Part shown: positions 25,541 through 38,523 of the stretch, piece by piece | How positions within the stretch are numbered: the first letter of the stretch is position 1 | Layout: each line of letters starts with the position of its first letter | DNA from: Harriotta raleighana | Taxonomy: Eukaryota | Reading direction: 5' to 3' | Length of the DNA stretch: 64,000 nt | Assembly: GCA_050575255.1 (NCBI GenBank) | Contig: JBNZDD010013686.1 | Coordinates: forward strand, 2,299,155 to 2,363,154 | The notes under the pieces: generated by a model | Told to the model about the DNA's origin: nothing | The model's input: only the letters and a program-made list of their open reading frames with translations | Database searches by the model: none | Translations under genes and position numbers: made by a program

Positions 25541-25609
25541 ACAACAACAACATCTTTGATTTATATAGAGCCCTCCACGCCGGATGGCGTCTCAGAGTGC
25601 TTAGAGCAA
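25541..25609 (-). mobile_element. L2-type tail-only insertion with 10-bp TSD
   Basis: Minus strand AGCACTCTGAGACGCCATCCGGCGTGGAGGGCTCTATATAAATC...(GTT)n; TTATCTACAA at 25535-25544 and 25610-25619. Confidence 0.8.
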
Positions 25610-25829
25610 TTATCTACAATACCAGTCACCACACTTGGCAATAATGATCTGTGAAATGCTTTGTGACTGATACAAGACGATCAAAATAAAATGCAACTTC
25701 TTTTATTGAAGCACAATAATGTATTAGAAAAAGAATTCCTTGCATAAAATTACAAAATTTAAATGACCATGGGTTGGCAATGTGAATGTTTCATATTCAA
25801 TATTGCTTCAGTTAATATGCAAGTTATGG

Positions 25830-25852
25830 ATATATATGTGTGTGTGTGTGTG
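25830..25852. repeat. (TA)n(TG)n microsatellite
   Basis: Short TA run followed directly by a (TG)8 run. Confidence 0.9.
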
Positions 25853-26792
25853 AACTTCAGTTCAGTGTCACTTTAATAAATATTTGAAGATTTGCACATC
25901 TGTAATGAAGATCTCTTAACCTGTTAACCAGTACGGTAGGAACAATAATCAAGCTCTCCGTTTAAGGATGTTTAAGACACGAGTTAATCCTCAGTGCTTC
26001 CGGGAACACAAATACCCAATTAGGGAATCCTCATTACTTGAGGTAAATGTGACAAGGGCTGTTTGGAGAAGCTGTCATTCCCAATGAAACATTCCCAATG
26101 GGCCAGTCACGGTTAACTGCAGTCAAGCGTACCATCTAGTGTAAAATATGTGTAATTACAACTATTAAAAAAAAACTTAAAATAAGAAACATGGCTGACT
26201 CGCACCTAATAATTATGTCAACCACTTATGAAAATAAAAGTGGGAGCGATTTCCTTCCTGCACATTTAAACCATTACATGGTCATTGTGTTCAGAAGTAT
26301 ATTTATAGTTTTGCTGTAATGAGCTTCCCAGCTGCGTTATAAGCAGGATACCAAAGCAAAATGTAGACACGTTTGAAATAAGATTCAAGTCTTCAGAATA
26401 GAGCTATGAAGAGTAGAGCTGGGCAGCACATATTATTTTTCGGTGCGGTGTTGTTGAAAAATAGTCCCTGTGTTAGCTTCATTGAGACGAGGGACAGAAA
26501 ATTGTGAAAGGATAAAATTTACTATTGAAACACTGGTTCCACTTCTGGCAAATAGTGAACTTTTGTGACCTTTACATGATGGGATTTTTCTTCTTATTAT
26601 CAAAACACAACAAAAATATTGCTTTCTTTAGCATTCCATTCAAGGCAAATCTATACAACTATAATGAAACTGTACTGAACACGCAACCAGATGTCAGGAA
26701 GTTTTAAATCACAGCTGTTTTAAGTTATCTCTCATAGTGTGAGTTTTTACCAAGAATCGTTAGAAGTGGAGTTCTCTATTATAATACATAAT

Positions 26793-26842
26793 GCAAAATT
26801 AATTTGCAACACGCCTTTCACGTTGGGAGGACGTCCCAAGGT
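26793..26842 (-). mobile_element. L2 tail-only fragment
   Basis: CGCCTTTCACGTTGGGAGGACGTCCCAAGG. Confidence 0.75.
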
Positions 26843-29424
26843 ACTGATCTGTCATGGACCTGAGCATACGGGGTGGGACGTTAGAGTCCTTTATTGGAGG
26901 AGGAAAGGAAACATTTCAGACTGCACAGAATCTTCTTGATAGTGACTGTGGGAAATGTAGAGGCAAGTCTATTCTTGCCTACTCAGTAAATGGTGGGAGA
27001 AACATTGAAAATGTAACATGACATAGCTATTAAAGTGTCTTTTATGGATTAATAGAAGGTAAATGTAAAACGGGAATGGTTACAACTGATAGGACAATAC
27101 TATAATTCTCAGGTTTTTAAAAATGTTATTAGGAACTTTTCAATTTTCTCCACTGGACTGATGACACAGATTGATGCTGCCTAGTGTCTTACCTCCAGTA
27201 CCTTTCTAAATTGCCATTCTTCATGTTTGGGGCTAAGATAAGTATTGGTTGTCTATTTAACTATTGTTTTTATCGCTGTCTGATATAAAAACCTATTGCC
27301 TTGCTTTAGAAGCATCCAAATCAGACTGAGAGTGACATGCAAGCCACCTACATAAGGAAATTTTTGTGTCTGGAATGGAATGCACACTCAGAAGGATGCA
27401 TCCTGTTTACTTAATTCTATTATTAGGACCAGATAGGCATAAAACACTGCTTATGGACCTATGTGTGTGTAGATACTGCTGGAATTTAACCAGCTAAAAC
27501 TGCATAGCTTGCTATTAAACACAATGTCTGGCAAGCTCAGGAACCAGAGTACCGAGACCGCTACAAAAATTTTATTTGGTTCCAACATTACTTTGCCAAG
27601 CTTGTAACCTTGGAGCCAATTCAGCTCCAAGGAGACGCTGCTTAAATTCCTTCCAAAAGATATTTGACAGTAAAGGGCATTACTGATAACTGGTCCTAGA
27701 TGCACACAGCGTTTGATGTTTCAAGGGAATCTTAGGCGATTATTACTCCTACAACTGATGCACTCGCTGAGATCAGACACAGGACTGGGACCTAAGAGTC
27801 CATCTCTGCACTCCAAGACTTGATGCTATACCGAATTATAGTCTTGCTCACCTGTTTATTGGGAGGCTACGTTATGATTAAACTGTTATGAGCAAAGTTT
27901 CTCAATGAACAATTCTAGATAATCCAGTACAGTATATTGTTTCCATATTACAAAACCTTGGCTGGGAAAGGTTTGCAAGGAAATATTTGCCTTTTTTTTA
28001 TATGATAGCATTTTGGGGTGAATATTTAGTGAGTATCAAACAATATTTTGCAAATAATAAAACTGTACTGGAGATTTAATTTTTAACAGTATTTCATTTT
28101 GCACTTCTTTTCACTGTTCTATTTTTAAAATAATATGTTCAATGTTAAGATGGCATTACGGACTTGCTGCAAAGTTGTCTCAACATACTGCTTATACATG
28201 GTCACATTTTGTTTACTTGCTGTTAAGACTGATAGGCAGTTGAACACAGTAGTTCCTTGACTAAGTGCTGAATACGGGTGATAGCCACCGCAATAGGGAG
28301 GCAATTATAGTACAAGGTCATGTGGCCTGTTCTTTCTGCACTAATTCTACAGGCAATAATGAGACAGTTCTGATAACTGTTCACAAAACAACCGTAATTT
28401 CTAACTGAAATTACTTTTTGCATCTAATCACTCATCTTGAGCGATGTGAAGTTACTTGGGTAACTTTCATAAACTCTACCATAACAAAGCGATTAAAAGT
28501 AAAAGTTTATTTCTGACTACCCTTAACTTATTGAAATAATAATGAAAAGCATTACGCCATTTGGTTAAATATTTTGTTTGAAACCCAATTCTTCTTTACA
28601 TTGCCAAACTGTATTATTTGCATCAAAAAGAATGAATACTTTCACAAAAAATCCTGTAATATTTCACTATGTATTACAAATGCTTTTCCAAAAAGGAGTT
28701 TGATAAATAGTCAAATGTTTATTATTGCTTCTTCCGATTCCTAGATTTGTATTAAATCCTGAACTTCACGACCTTTACAAAGACAGTATGAAAGCTATTA
28801 TATTATTTCCAGCAAAAAGGAGAACCAATAATTACTCTTTCAATGAGTATTATAATTCAGTGGAATTTTTTCATTCCAGTCACATTTCATAGCAATTACC
28901 GGAATCTACACTAAATCTGCAAAGAAGCACCACAGTTTGTGTGCATATTTACATTACTGCCATAAGAATGAATCATTCACTACTTTTTAAAGGGTTATTA
29001 CAAAAATGCAACCAATATTTATACTGTCCAAAAATGAATTTCAATATAATGGGTTAGAATGAGTATTTATCAAGACAAGGACACAGACCATTGCAAAACC
29101 CATTCTATCTATCATGGACTCTACCCTCGATAATTTGGAGGTGGAAAAAGAACTTCTTAATTTTTGCGCAATTTTTTTTGAGACCACACTTCGATACATT
29201 ATGATTGGCGTGTTACCTTCCACAGTAACCATTAATCTCCCCCCAATCAGAGCTGCACCAGATACCATCATCTTGTGCACGTTATTGGCTTTACGTATCC
29301 TGTATGATTTACCTCACTCATTTTCTTCCTTGCAATGACATTTGAATGATTCTCGGAGTACAGGCAGCATCACACACCTCACAGGGTTAAATTAACTTTA
29401 CTTACCCTCATCCTTAGAAACCTT

Positions 29425-29540
29425 CCTAACTAACCATTTATCCAGCTCCGTTTAAAGGGTATGAGTTGGCATAAAATTTATATATTTTTCTGAGAGTATA
29501 TTCCACATCTCTACAACTCTGGGCAGAAAAAATTGGAAGC
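29425..29540 (-). mobile_element. Decayed CR1 3' fragment
   Basis: CCATTTATCCAGCTCCGTTTAAA (FKRSWING/FK.ELD-like region) and ATTCCACATCTCTACAACTCT (RVVEMWN) on the minus strand. Confidence 0.45.
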
Positions 29541-32020
29541 CTTATATTGTAATGCTCATCCTCCCAAATCATCAAAGTAAAAATGTTGTATTTCTTCTCT
29601 AGTTATCTAATTTCTATGCAACTGGATCACAACCTTGTTGAAGTAATGTACTGTGATTTTTTACAAGGGTTCTTCGAGAGAGAAACAACTAATCTTTAAC
29701 AGATCATCTATGGTTGTGGCTCAGGTTTAGAGATTCAAGGACATTTTCAAATTTCCAGTCTGTCTCCTTTCTGAAACCTCATCACATGTCTGAATTAGTA
29801 CAGTATAAATCCAAAATATTGAGGGGAGTGTGATGCCTTGCTGTCATTGAGTTGTTTTTGCTTCCAACCCTGAAGCATTCAATTGGATTTAAAAGAGCCA
29901 GATTTATAGGAGAAGCATCAATGCGGTTCAAGATTGGTATCTGAAGTGAATCTACTGGGGTCAACTGAGGTATAAATTAGCAAAATCAGTGAGTTTACTT
30001 GGACCTGGTTGGGAAGAATTTTCCTGTTTTGCTGTGTAGATTAGCCAAGTTTACACAAATTTTTTCTATTCAATATCCTTAACATTCATGTGCTAAGAGA
30101 AGATGACAAAGAATGTTAATCCTCTGGAAAGACTATTAAGTGTTTCATCTTCTGTAACATCAAATGAGTATTGCTGGCATGAAGAAGGCATATAATACAG
30201 CGGAATCTTTCCTGACTGAATACAGTATAGATCAAACTACAATACTAACAGTTAAATGTAATCAGATAATCATTTAGCTAAAAGAAGAAACAAATGAGAG
30301 CCTTTGTTTTCAAGATTTCATAGGTTGGAATGTAAATTAAGCAATTTCCTGTATACAAAAATGCTAGACAAGTGCAACAATTATTGAAAAATGCAGTTTT
30401 GCAAATGTGTTAGTATTTGCAAACACTTCTACTGTTGCTTAAGACTGTGATATCCTTCACAAGCTATTTTCATTCATAGTGCATGGCCTTTAGTAACAAT
30501 AGATGAGTTCTTCAATCCAATAATTTCAAACAGAACCATAACATTCCTATTATAGGAACATCAGAAAGATTTGCTGCTAATGAATGCTTTGTTACTTTCT
30601 GCTGCTGTCAAATAATATTGGTTTAAACCAGGCAGATTGTCACTTCTACCAAAGCTTTTTAAGCTTTCCCCCCACTTTTTGTCCTTTGCAAAATAATATT
30701 TTGTTTCTACATATCAGTATATTTAAGTACCCTTATGTTAAACTTTTTTTTTCTATTTTGGCACGACACTAGTTTGAAAATAATGGATGAATAAATAATA
30801 AAAGATTGTACCAATTCATTCATCCTATGAAATTATAAATCCCGGGCTAATTCAGAATGCTTGAATTGTATTGGCCATTCACTACTTCAGCTGACAGTAT
30901 CAATGGTTTACGTCTTGGAAATAACTATCTTCTAAAGAGTTAATTGCTGCCTCACTGCTGATGACAGATGTTTGCTGCGTATGGCTGCCTCCATACACTG
31001 AATATCATTTAAAATCTTGGTTTGTCCCACAGTGCAATTCTCTAAGGATTGCCGCAGTAGGATACACCAAAGCTTCTTGTTGCATCAACCTCCAGCCACT
31101 CCCTTATTCTCCTTCTGTGATCCTCTCCCATGCTGAGGCACTTCCTCTCACTAAAAACACTTCTTTCATTCGGTCTAGCAATTAACAGGCTGAAAAAAAT
31201 ATAATAAGGAAGCAATTAAGAGGTGACGGAGCACAGTTTATACACCATTTTGTATTAAAGGTCAAGTGAGTGTCCTTGCCTTATGTGTTTATCTGGCATT
31301 GAAAACCTATGTTTCTGGTGTATTTGCCTTTAAATAATAAGCAGGGTCTGTGTTTTCTTGTCTTACACCCTCAGTCTAATAAATGGTAACTAATTAGGTG
31401 CTGTCTGCTTAAATGCGGTCACGATAATTGCAGTTTCTTTGACTTAAGTGTCACAGAATATACAATTCTCAGGCAAGGTAAAAGCTTCTTACATTTGCAT
31501 TTGTAGTTCTTGCTTTATTAAGCAGCGAATAGAGCACACAGGCTATGTTGTCATGGGTTACAGTCATTGGTAATTTTGGCTGCATTTCGGGTAAGTGCTA
31601 GCTTGAGACTTCTTGATGAATATGCCAAGATGTTTTGCTGTCAGCTGCAGTTGCTACAACACAGCACATATAGCTACTTTACTGGTCCCTGCGGTGTCAT
31701 TTGCAACGGTTTCAAATCCGATTAGCTTTTGCTACATTTGGATAAAATCCCAGTGTTTTTAGAAATGGACAGCGTTTCTAATTTCTTTGTACCACAAGGT
31801 TATCAGAACAAAGATACACACCACCACAAATCAAACAATCTAGAATGAAATTTGGTTGTCACTTCCCATGAATTGACTTTAATTGAAAGCTTCAGCTTCT
31901 TTCAACAGCTCTGCTGTCAGTGTTTTAACTAATGCCAGTTGCTTTGGTTCTACTCTCATGGTCGTACAATGACTTGCGGTGTGTTGTTAGATGGAGTTCT
32001 GTTCCCATCCAGCACTGAGC

Positions 32021-32185
32021 ACAAATGGTCATTCTTTACGTTCGAGCCTGAACAATGAATGTTACTTGGCTATTTGACAGTTTGGAGAGGGAGGAGGAAA
32101 ATAAAATTCAAGCCCTTCTTGTCCTTACCCAATGTCCACACATGTGCACATTCTAGCAGAAGACCATACAAAACAATCAGGAATG
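32021..32185 (-). mobile_element. Ancient SINE-like repeat, copy 2
   Basis: AGCCTGAACAATGAATGTTACTTGGCTATTTGAC...TGTCCTTACCCAATGTCCACACATGTGCACATTCTAGCAG; collinear with 5918-6090. Confidence 0.6.
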
Positions 32186-32489
32186 CTTGGATGAGATTGA
32201 ACTACTGATATAAACACAAGTATATAAGGATATGCTTACCTGTTCTCACCTAGCTACCTTTAGAATGGGCATAGCATGGTGTTGCTCCACAGTCGATTCC
32301 ATAGAGAGTAGGTAACAAACATTGTTCAAGATTACGGAGAGAAGAGAATATCATGCAACAAGCTTTCCATCAAGTGCAGAACTTCTGAAACCAATTCAGA
32401 ATGTGGAATATACCATGAAGAGAAAATACCTCATCATGCCATTCAGATAACCCCTCTATGGTAAAATTTGTGATGCTATTCATGGATTT

Positions 32490-32552
32490 CAAGCACTCTG
32501 AGATGTCGTCTAGCATGAAGGGCGCTACATAAATGCAAGTTGTTGTTGTTGT
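32490..32552 (+). mobile_element. L2-type tail-only fragment
   Basis: AAGCACTCTGAGATGTCGTCTAGCATGAAGGGCGCTACATAAATGCAAG(TTG)n. Confidence 0.75.
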
Positions 32553-33615
32553 ATGTTGTTAGATACAATAATCGGTGAAATCAAGAAGGCTTCATATCAT
32601 TGCCCGAGAAAACATGACCCTCAATGTTAGTATAGTTAAGGAATAAAATATATGGTAAATCAATACAATAGCATTAAAAAAAAACTCTAGTCTGCTTGAA
32701 TACCATATGTAGATTGTGAAAAGAGTGATAATTCGGATCAGAATTTTTAGAATTATCGAACAGTTTACAATGCCTAGATGTTGAGATCACCATGTCAAAC
32801 AACTGTCAAACTACAGCTACTGAGCCATACTGACAATCTTGATATTCCTTTCATATTTATATTTCCCAATAACATCATTTATTTAGTAGTTATACCTTCT
32901 CCCAGTTTGTTGACTGCCTCCTTTTTTACTTATGTAATGAGAAACTCAGAATTGTTCTAGTAATCATATGTGGCCAAAGTATTTCAGCTGTTCTGTTTTA
33001 TTATTCTCCAATGATTACAAGTGCATTGTAATCACGACACCCTTAGGTTACAGTGCACCAATTTTATTTGGAACATTTCCAGACTATTGGCCAGCCCGGA
33101 TGTAGACTTGAAATTGAACAAGTGGCCTGTTATAGTGGTTAAAGCAGATGACACAAATCTCTGCTGTTTCTCTGATCTGTAAGTGTCAGCAGACTGACTG
33201 TCTAAAATGGCTGGTGCTGTTGCCTATAGGAAAAAGAAGTTCATTTCTTTTCACATCCCTATCCATTGTACAAAGTTGACTTTGTCCATTGACTTGGGGT
33301 TTCCTTTGAACAACCAGGATTTCTGTCTGGAGTACATTGATCATTTTCAAATTCCTGCACCACTTGATTGAATATTTGCAATTCCGAGCAAAACACATTG
33401 GCTGTTAAAATGTGCTAAAAACATTTAATTATGAATTTGTTGGAAAATAAAATTGGCTACTTACACAGAATCAAAAAAGGGGAAAATGATCAACCCATAA
33501 TGATGCTGCTTGAAGTACCTTCAGCCCTGTGGTTAAACCAAGGATTAAAGACACTCTTTGGACATCATGAATATGCAGCTCATTTGTTTTACTGTTTTGT
33601 ACCATTTGCCCACTA

Positions 33616-33905
33616 CATAGGAAATAGGAGTAGGAGTAGGCCAATTGGCCCCTTGAGTCTGCTCTGCCATTTAAAAAGATCATGGCTGATCTTCTAACAT
33701 AATTCCATTTACCCGCCCTGTCCTCATATCCCTTAATCCCTCTATCCTTTAGAAATCTATCAATCTCAGAGAATTCCGTAAATTCACTATCCTCTGCGTG
33801 AAGAAATGTTTCCTCAATTCTGTTTGAAAAGGCTGACCCTTAATCTTGAGATTATGATCCCTAGTTTTAGATTCTCCAACCAGGGGAAACAGTCTCACAT
33901 TGTCT
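33616..33905 (-). mobile_element. CR1 LINE 3' end (second family)
   Basis: Minus strand encodes LFPLVGESKTRDHNLKIKGQPFQTELRKHFFTQRIVN and IDRFLKDRGIKGY; 3' UTR GATCAGCCATGATC...CTACTCCTATTTCCTATG. Confidence 0.88.
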
Positions 33906-33924
33906 AAATACACAATATCACACC

Positions 33925-34010
33925 ACTTTACAATATATCATGTGATGTGCTTTGAAATATGTCAGCGAAATGATAAGGCATTATATCAAATGCATGATTA
34001 TTATTTATTT
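33925..34010 (+). mobile_element. SINE 3' fragment
   Basis: CACTTTACAATATATC...TGCTTTGAAA...TATATCAAATGCATGATTATTA. Confidence 0.7.
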
Positions 34011-34387
34011 TGTAATAAGAACAAGGGAAATAGAATCATCGATAAAACTCATATCCTTGAAGAAAGCACTTGTTTTGACAATCATTGATATTTCTGTTTC
34101 ATTGATTTAAAGCAACAATTTTTTACACGGCTTACCTTTGTTTATTTCTGTCCAATGCTGTTGATGTAAAGCACTTGACAAGGCCCCATAAAAACATCTG
34201 ATAGTCTCATGATCATCCCTACTGCACATTATACACCTTGTTTTATCATAATTCTCATTCCCATACGATATTTCAGTGAGTGCAACTTTCACTAATTTGG
34301 TTAAGATTCATTTATAACCTTAGAAAAAGGCATTTAAAAATGTGGTATCCTTTTTACGTACTCACTAATCAAACCTTCTAGATATAT

Positions 34388-34880
34388 AACAACAACAAAA
34401 TTACACTTATAGAGTGCCTTTCACATTGGGAGGGCGTCCCAAGGTGCTGAACAGTCAGGATGACACCTGAGCAAGGGAAACGGGCAAGATAGGGTGGAGG
34501 GGAGTAAGGAGGGGAGGGAGAGAGTAGGAAAGGCAGCAGAAGGCATGATTGAAAAGGAGGGTCTTGAGATCCTTGAGCCCCGAAGAAGGCGAGGGAGGGA
34601 GCGAGGCAAAGGGATTGTGGGATGGAGTTCAAGAGTGTGGGGGCAGAGAGGCTAAAAGTTTGTCCTCCGATGGTAGGGTGGGTCTGGTGGGGGACATGGA
34701 GGCCGGAGCCCGCTGAACAGAGTGAGCAGGGAGCTTCATAGGGGGACAGCAGGTCGGAGAGGTGGTGGGTGGTGGGGGCAAGGCTATGAATGGCCTTGAA
34801 GGTGAGGATCTTGAATTCGATCCTCTGGGGGATGAGGAGCCAATGGAGCCAGGGAGTGATGTGGTCGCTGAGCTTGGTGC
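34388..34880 (-). mobile_element. L2 LINE 3' fragment (ORF2 C-terminus plus UTR)
   Basis: ORF 34378-35109 contains DHITPWLHWLLIPQRIEFKIL...AIHSLAP...LSDLL...GGQTFSLSAPTLLNSIP, typical of the L2 ORF2 C-terminus; (GTT)n tail. Confidence 0.92.
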
Positions 34881-37039
34881 CTATCATGTCACCTTTCGTG
34901 ACGGTTGTGGATAGTTTATTAATGTTTCTTTGGTCGAGGAAATTAATGAAGTAGAAAATGGAAGTTATAACCACATATTTGAACCACAAAGCTTGTTGAC
35001 TCTCGACAGTGATTGGCATATTTCTCATTGAAACATAAAACATGCAACAAAATGTGATTGAACAATTTGATCCCATTAAGGCTCTCAGAAACACTTGGCT
35101 GCTCATCACCTGCGGTCAAGTGCGCAAATGGCAGTAATGGATAGCTACTCAATATTGGCAGAACTGCGCTTAGACATACCTGCCAATGAACAAATAAACA
35201 GCCAATTCTCTTATTCATAATTATTCCATTCCTCTTAAAAATGTACTTCCAAAGTACAAATTATGTAATAATCAGGAATAAACTTTCTCAGATGGCATCA
35301 TAATTCCTTACAATACCAGTAAACATGATATGGACTTCTGTTTTCATTTTAAATTAAGATGAAAATCAAACAAATTTGAGCAACATGTATTGTATGTGGC
35401 TCTAACTTATAAGTGAAAAATGTGAGCCTGAGCCCCATTAATGGTTAAGAATAAATGTTACATCCATAAAGTTACTTTAATATCTCAGAATAATGTACTG
35501 TTTAAGGTCAGAACCCACCATAGGTATTCGCATTAGCCAAATGGAACCAAAGAGATCCTCAGGTCATAAAATACCATCTACAATTATATTGGAGGAAACG
35601 GATTTCTCTCCCACTATGAATATAAATTGTCCTAGCAATGGATATTCGAGAAACAATGAAGCAAAGAATTCCACTCTTAAGTAATTTCCAATATGGTTAA
35701 CTGGTGGAACAATATGGTTATGGGGCAAACATTTTCTCCGTTTCTGATGCTCACTAATAAGGACTAAGAAAAACAATTAGGCAAATATGAACTCTTGATG
35801 ACAGGAAAGGAAATGAATAACTAACTAACCACAAATAGGAAGAGCAGGATGCTCAGCTATTGATTGAAGTAACATGTCCAATATTGCAAGATCAGCAAAA
35901 TCACTTGATAAACAACCCAAAGCACATTTCTCCAGGAAGACAGCACATGTGTATATGATGAGACAACTACCTTTTCAGTGATATAGGTGAGTGCTATGGA
36001 GGGTATAAGTAACTACTTCTGCTTAGGGTAAGGAATTGTGAGAACTGGTCAAGAATTCAAGATTGGGAATACAGTACTCAATGAAACTAGCAAAAAATGT
36101 TTGACACCTAATCGGAACAAAATAATATTTTAGCAAGAGCTTATGCCTCCCTTTTTAATCATTTAGAAAGGCTGGAACCCATTTTGAGTTACAATCATTG
36201 TGTTTCATGGTATTTATTGGATTTATGTAACATGTTTAGAAACTAAACAATCATCTGTTCCCAAATGGTTAATAATTCAATGACAGAAACTTGTGTGTTA
36301 TGTATTGAATTTCATTGATGATCATTACCGATCAGTTACACTGTAGAATATAATTTGATGAACTTAACTCAGAATGAAGTGAGAGATATTAAGAACAGAC
36401 CCCAAACAGAAGAAAATACTAATTTAAAACAGACTTCAACATTTTCAGGAGGGATAGTCTGGGACAGAGTCCAAATAAAAATTAAATCAGTTCTTGCACA
36501 TGTTGGCTAACGGTTTATGTTTTGTGAACAACGGACATCTGACGTGCAGGGTTGGTGGCTGACTGGAACATTTAAAAATTATTTTCACTCCACTCATGAA
36601 GAAATACCATCGATTGATATTTGAAATAATTTCTGTTAAAAATATTCCTTTTTAAAAAAAATGATGGTTTCAAGTTGTAGATTTTAAAGGGCTTGAGGAA
36701 ACTTAATTGGATAAAACCAATTATTTGCTTGTCAATTAGAAAGGCTGCTTTAAGCACATAGAAGGCATACTGTGAAGTTAATACAAACCCAGAGAAAGGA
36801 ATGTACCTTTATTTTAAAAACATTTCTGGAGTTGAATACATTTTTACCCAGGGAAGTAGAAGTATAATTCTAATAAGCTTCGAGCCGTTATGAACCCATC
36901 TACTTGGTAAAAATAGACAGAAAGATTTATCGTAACTGATTCTTCACCATTGTTCTGAAATCATTTTCTTCCAATTTAATTTATTCGGCTTCCCTGATGA
37001 CTTAATTGGTGAAGGCATTTCCCAGTGTAAAATACATAA

Positions 37040-37186
37040 GACTGGCAGGTCACAGGTTCAAGCCTCAGGCAAAGCAGCACTTCGGGCACATCAATTAGTG
37101 TTTCTGGGTAGAGAAGGTGGGGGGAAAAATTAACCAAAGTTTCTGCTTCTAATCATTATCCAGTAGCTCTGGACAATGTGGGTGTG
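37040..37186 (+). mobile_element. Ancient SINE-like repeat, copy 3 (5' part)
   Basis: B-box-like CAGGTTCAAGCC, then CTGGGTAGAGAAGG...GGAAAAATTAACCAAAGTTTCTGCTTCTAATCATTATCCAG, similar to the minus strand of 6030-6090. Confidence 0.45.
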
Positions 37187-37235
37187 TAACGCTGAGCTAC
37201 TAAGGCCAGCAACATATTATATACTATGTTAAGCA

Positions 37236-37358
37236 AATAATAAAAATCTGGCATTTTATATAGTGCCTTATCATGCATTCAAAATGTCTGAAAGTGCTTC
37301 ACAGAATATACTGTGCACAGTAGTGTTCCATAGTTAGTCATGGATTGAGGGACCAAAT
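37236..37358 (-). mobile_element. SINE 3' fragment with internal deletion
   Basis: AAAGTGCTTCACAGAATATACTGT...GTCATGGATTGAGGGACCAA. Confidence 0.8.
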
Positions 37359-37371
37359 TATTCATATTTAA

Positions 37372-37510
37372 TATTGTTGGACATTGTGTACAAATTGGCA
37401 ACTGTGTTTGTCTACAAAGTACCACTGTCACTCCACTTTATGGTATATCCTGTCAACACAATGAGATGTCCTACCAACATGAAAGATGCTATATTAAATG
37501 GAAGGATTTT
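37372..37510 (+). mobile_element. Older Deu-type SINE 3' half
   Basis: TGGGACATTGTGTACAAATTGGCAACTGTGTTTG...GAGATGTCC...GATGCTATATTAAATGGAAGG. Confidence 0.65.
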
Positions 37511-38069
37511 ATATCGTCAAGATTTTTAAGCGTACATAAAATCATTATTTACAATTTGCTAAATCTGTGGATGGATTTTATTTTGGCAATTTAGTAGGCA
37601 AAATTGTTTGCCAAGTTATCATCTGTGGTTGTGGTCATATTACTGAGTAGTTTGAAAACCAAATGGTTCCTGAGTTTGACCTTTTAGGAAATGGCTTGGT
37701 CAGCGTAGCATAGAATTGTTCAAAGTATTATGCCAAAAGAACCATTCATTTGGATTTTTTATGGTACGAAAAGCTTTTTTTTCTTTTAAATTGGCTATTC
37801 TTTCCCAAAAAGAGCATTGTTTTGATTGAGTTCCTTTTTCTATGCTAATGAATTCCATTGATTCGAAAGGCAAGCTGAGTTCAGACATTGAATTTGAGCT
37901 CCACTTCCTGCTTACTTTAACTGCACTGCAGAATATTTTCCTGAATCTTGAGGTTTCATTTCACCATCGTGACTTGTTGTACGTTTCATAAACAAGTACA
38001 AATCAAATTCTGTGCCATAATGTACAGCTAATAACATACATTAGCTTTATTCACAAAGCAAGTGTCAAA

Positions 38070-38275
38070 CCTCAACCATCATTCCTGGTAACGTATTAGA
38101 TATCCTCTGTGTAAAGAAACACTTCCGATTGTCAGTCATATATTTGCCGTCCACAACCATACGTCTAATGTCCTCTTTTCCTACTGCCTTGGTTTATCCA
38201 AAAGCACTGTTCTGAATTAACTTTCTCTATCCTATTAAGAGTCTTATATAGCTTTATAAGGTTCCTCTGAGGTGT
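38070..38275 (-). mobile_element. Decayed CR1 ORF2 3' fragment
   Basis: CCTCTGTGTAAAGAA (FFTQR) and CTTATATAGCTTTATAAGGTTCCCT-like segment on the minus strand. Confidence 0.45.
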
Positions 38276-38465
38276 CCAATGATGCAGCCGTACTTTTATG
38301 GATGTTGTTGTTTAGAAGCGAATGAAAGGAAGAAGACGGAGAATCTGTAACACACACAAGTCCAGGTCCACTCAATGTACTAAATATTGAATAGCTGCAA
38401 ATTGCCCCAAACATTACATACTACATTCTACAATTTACTCTGCTCAGTAAGTGCCCAGTGATTAT

Positions 38466-38523
38466 TTTTGGGACACCCTCCCGATGCAAAAGGCGCTAAC
38501 TCAATGTATTTTTTCTTGTTGTT
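38466..38523 (+). mobile_element. L2 tail-only fragment
   Basis: TTGGGACACCCTCCCGATGCAAAAGGCGCT...TTCTTGTTG. Confidence 0.6.

Noticed and set aside
34432-34451. REST/RE1 site in the L2 tail (TTCAGCACC half-site; also near 46110)
   Set aside because: Right half-site GGACAG absent at canonical spacing
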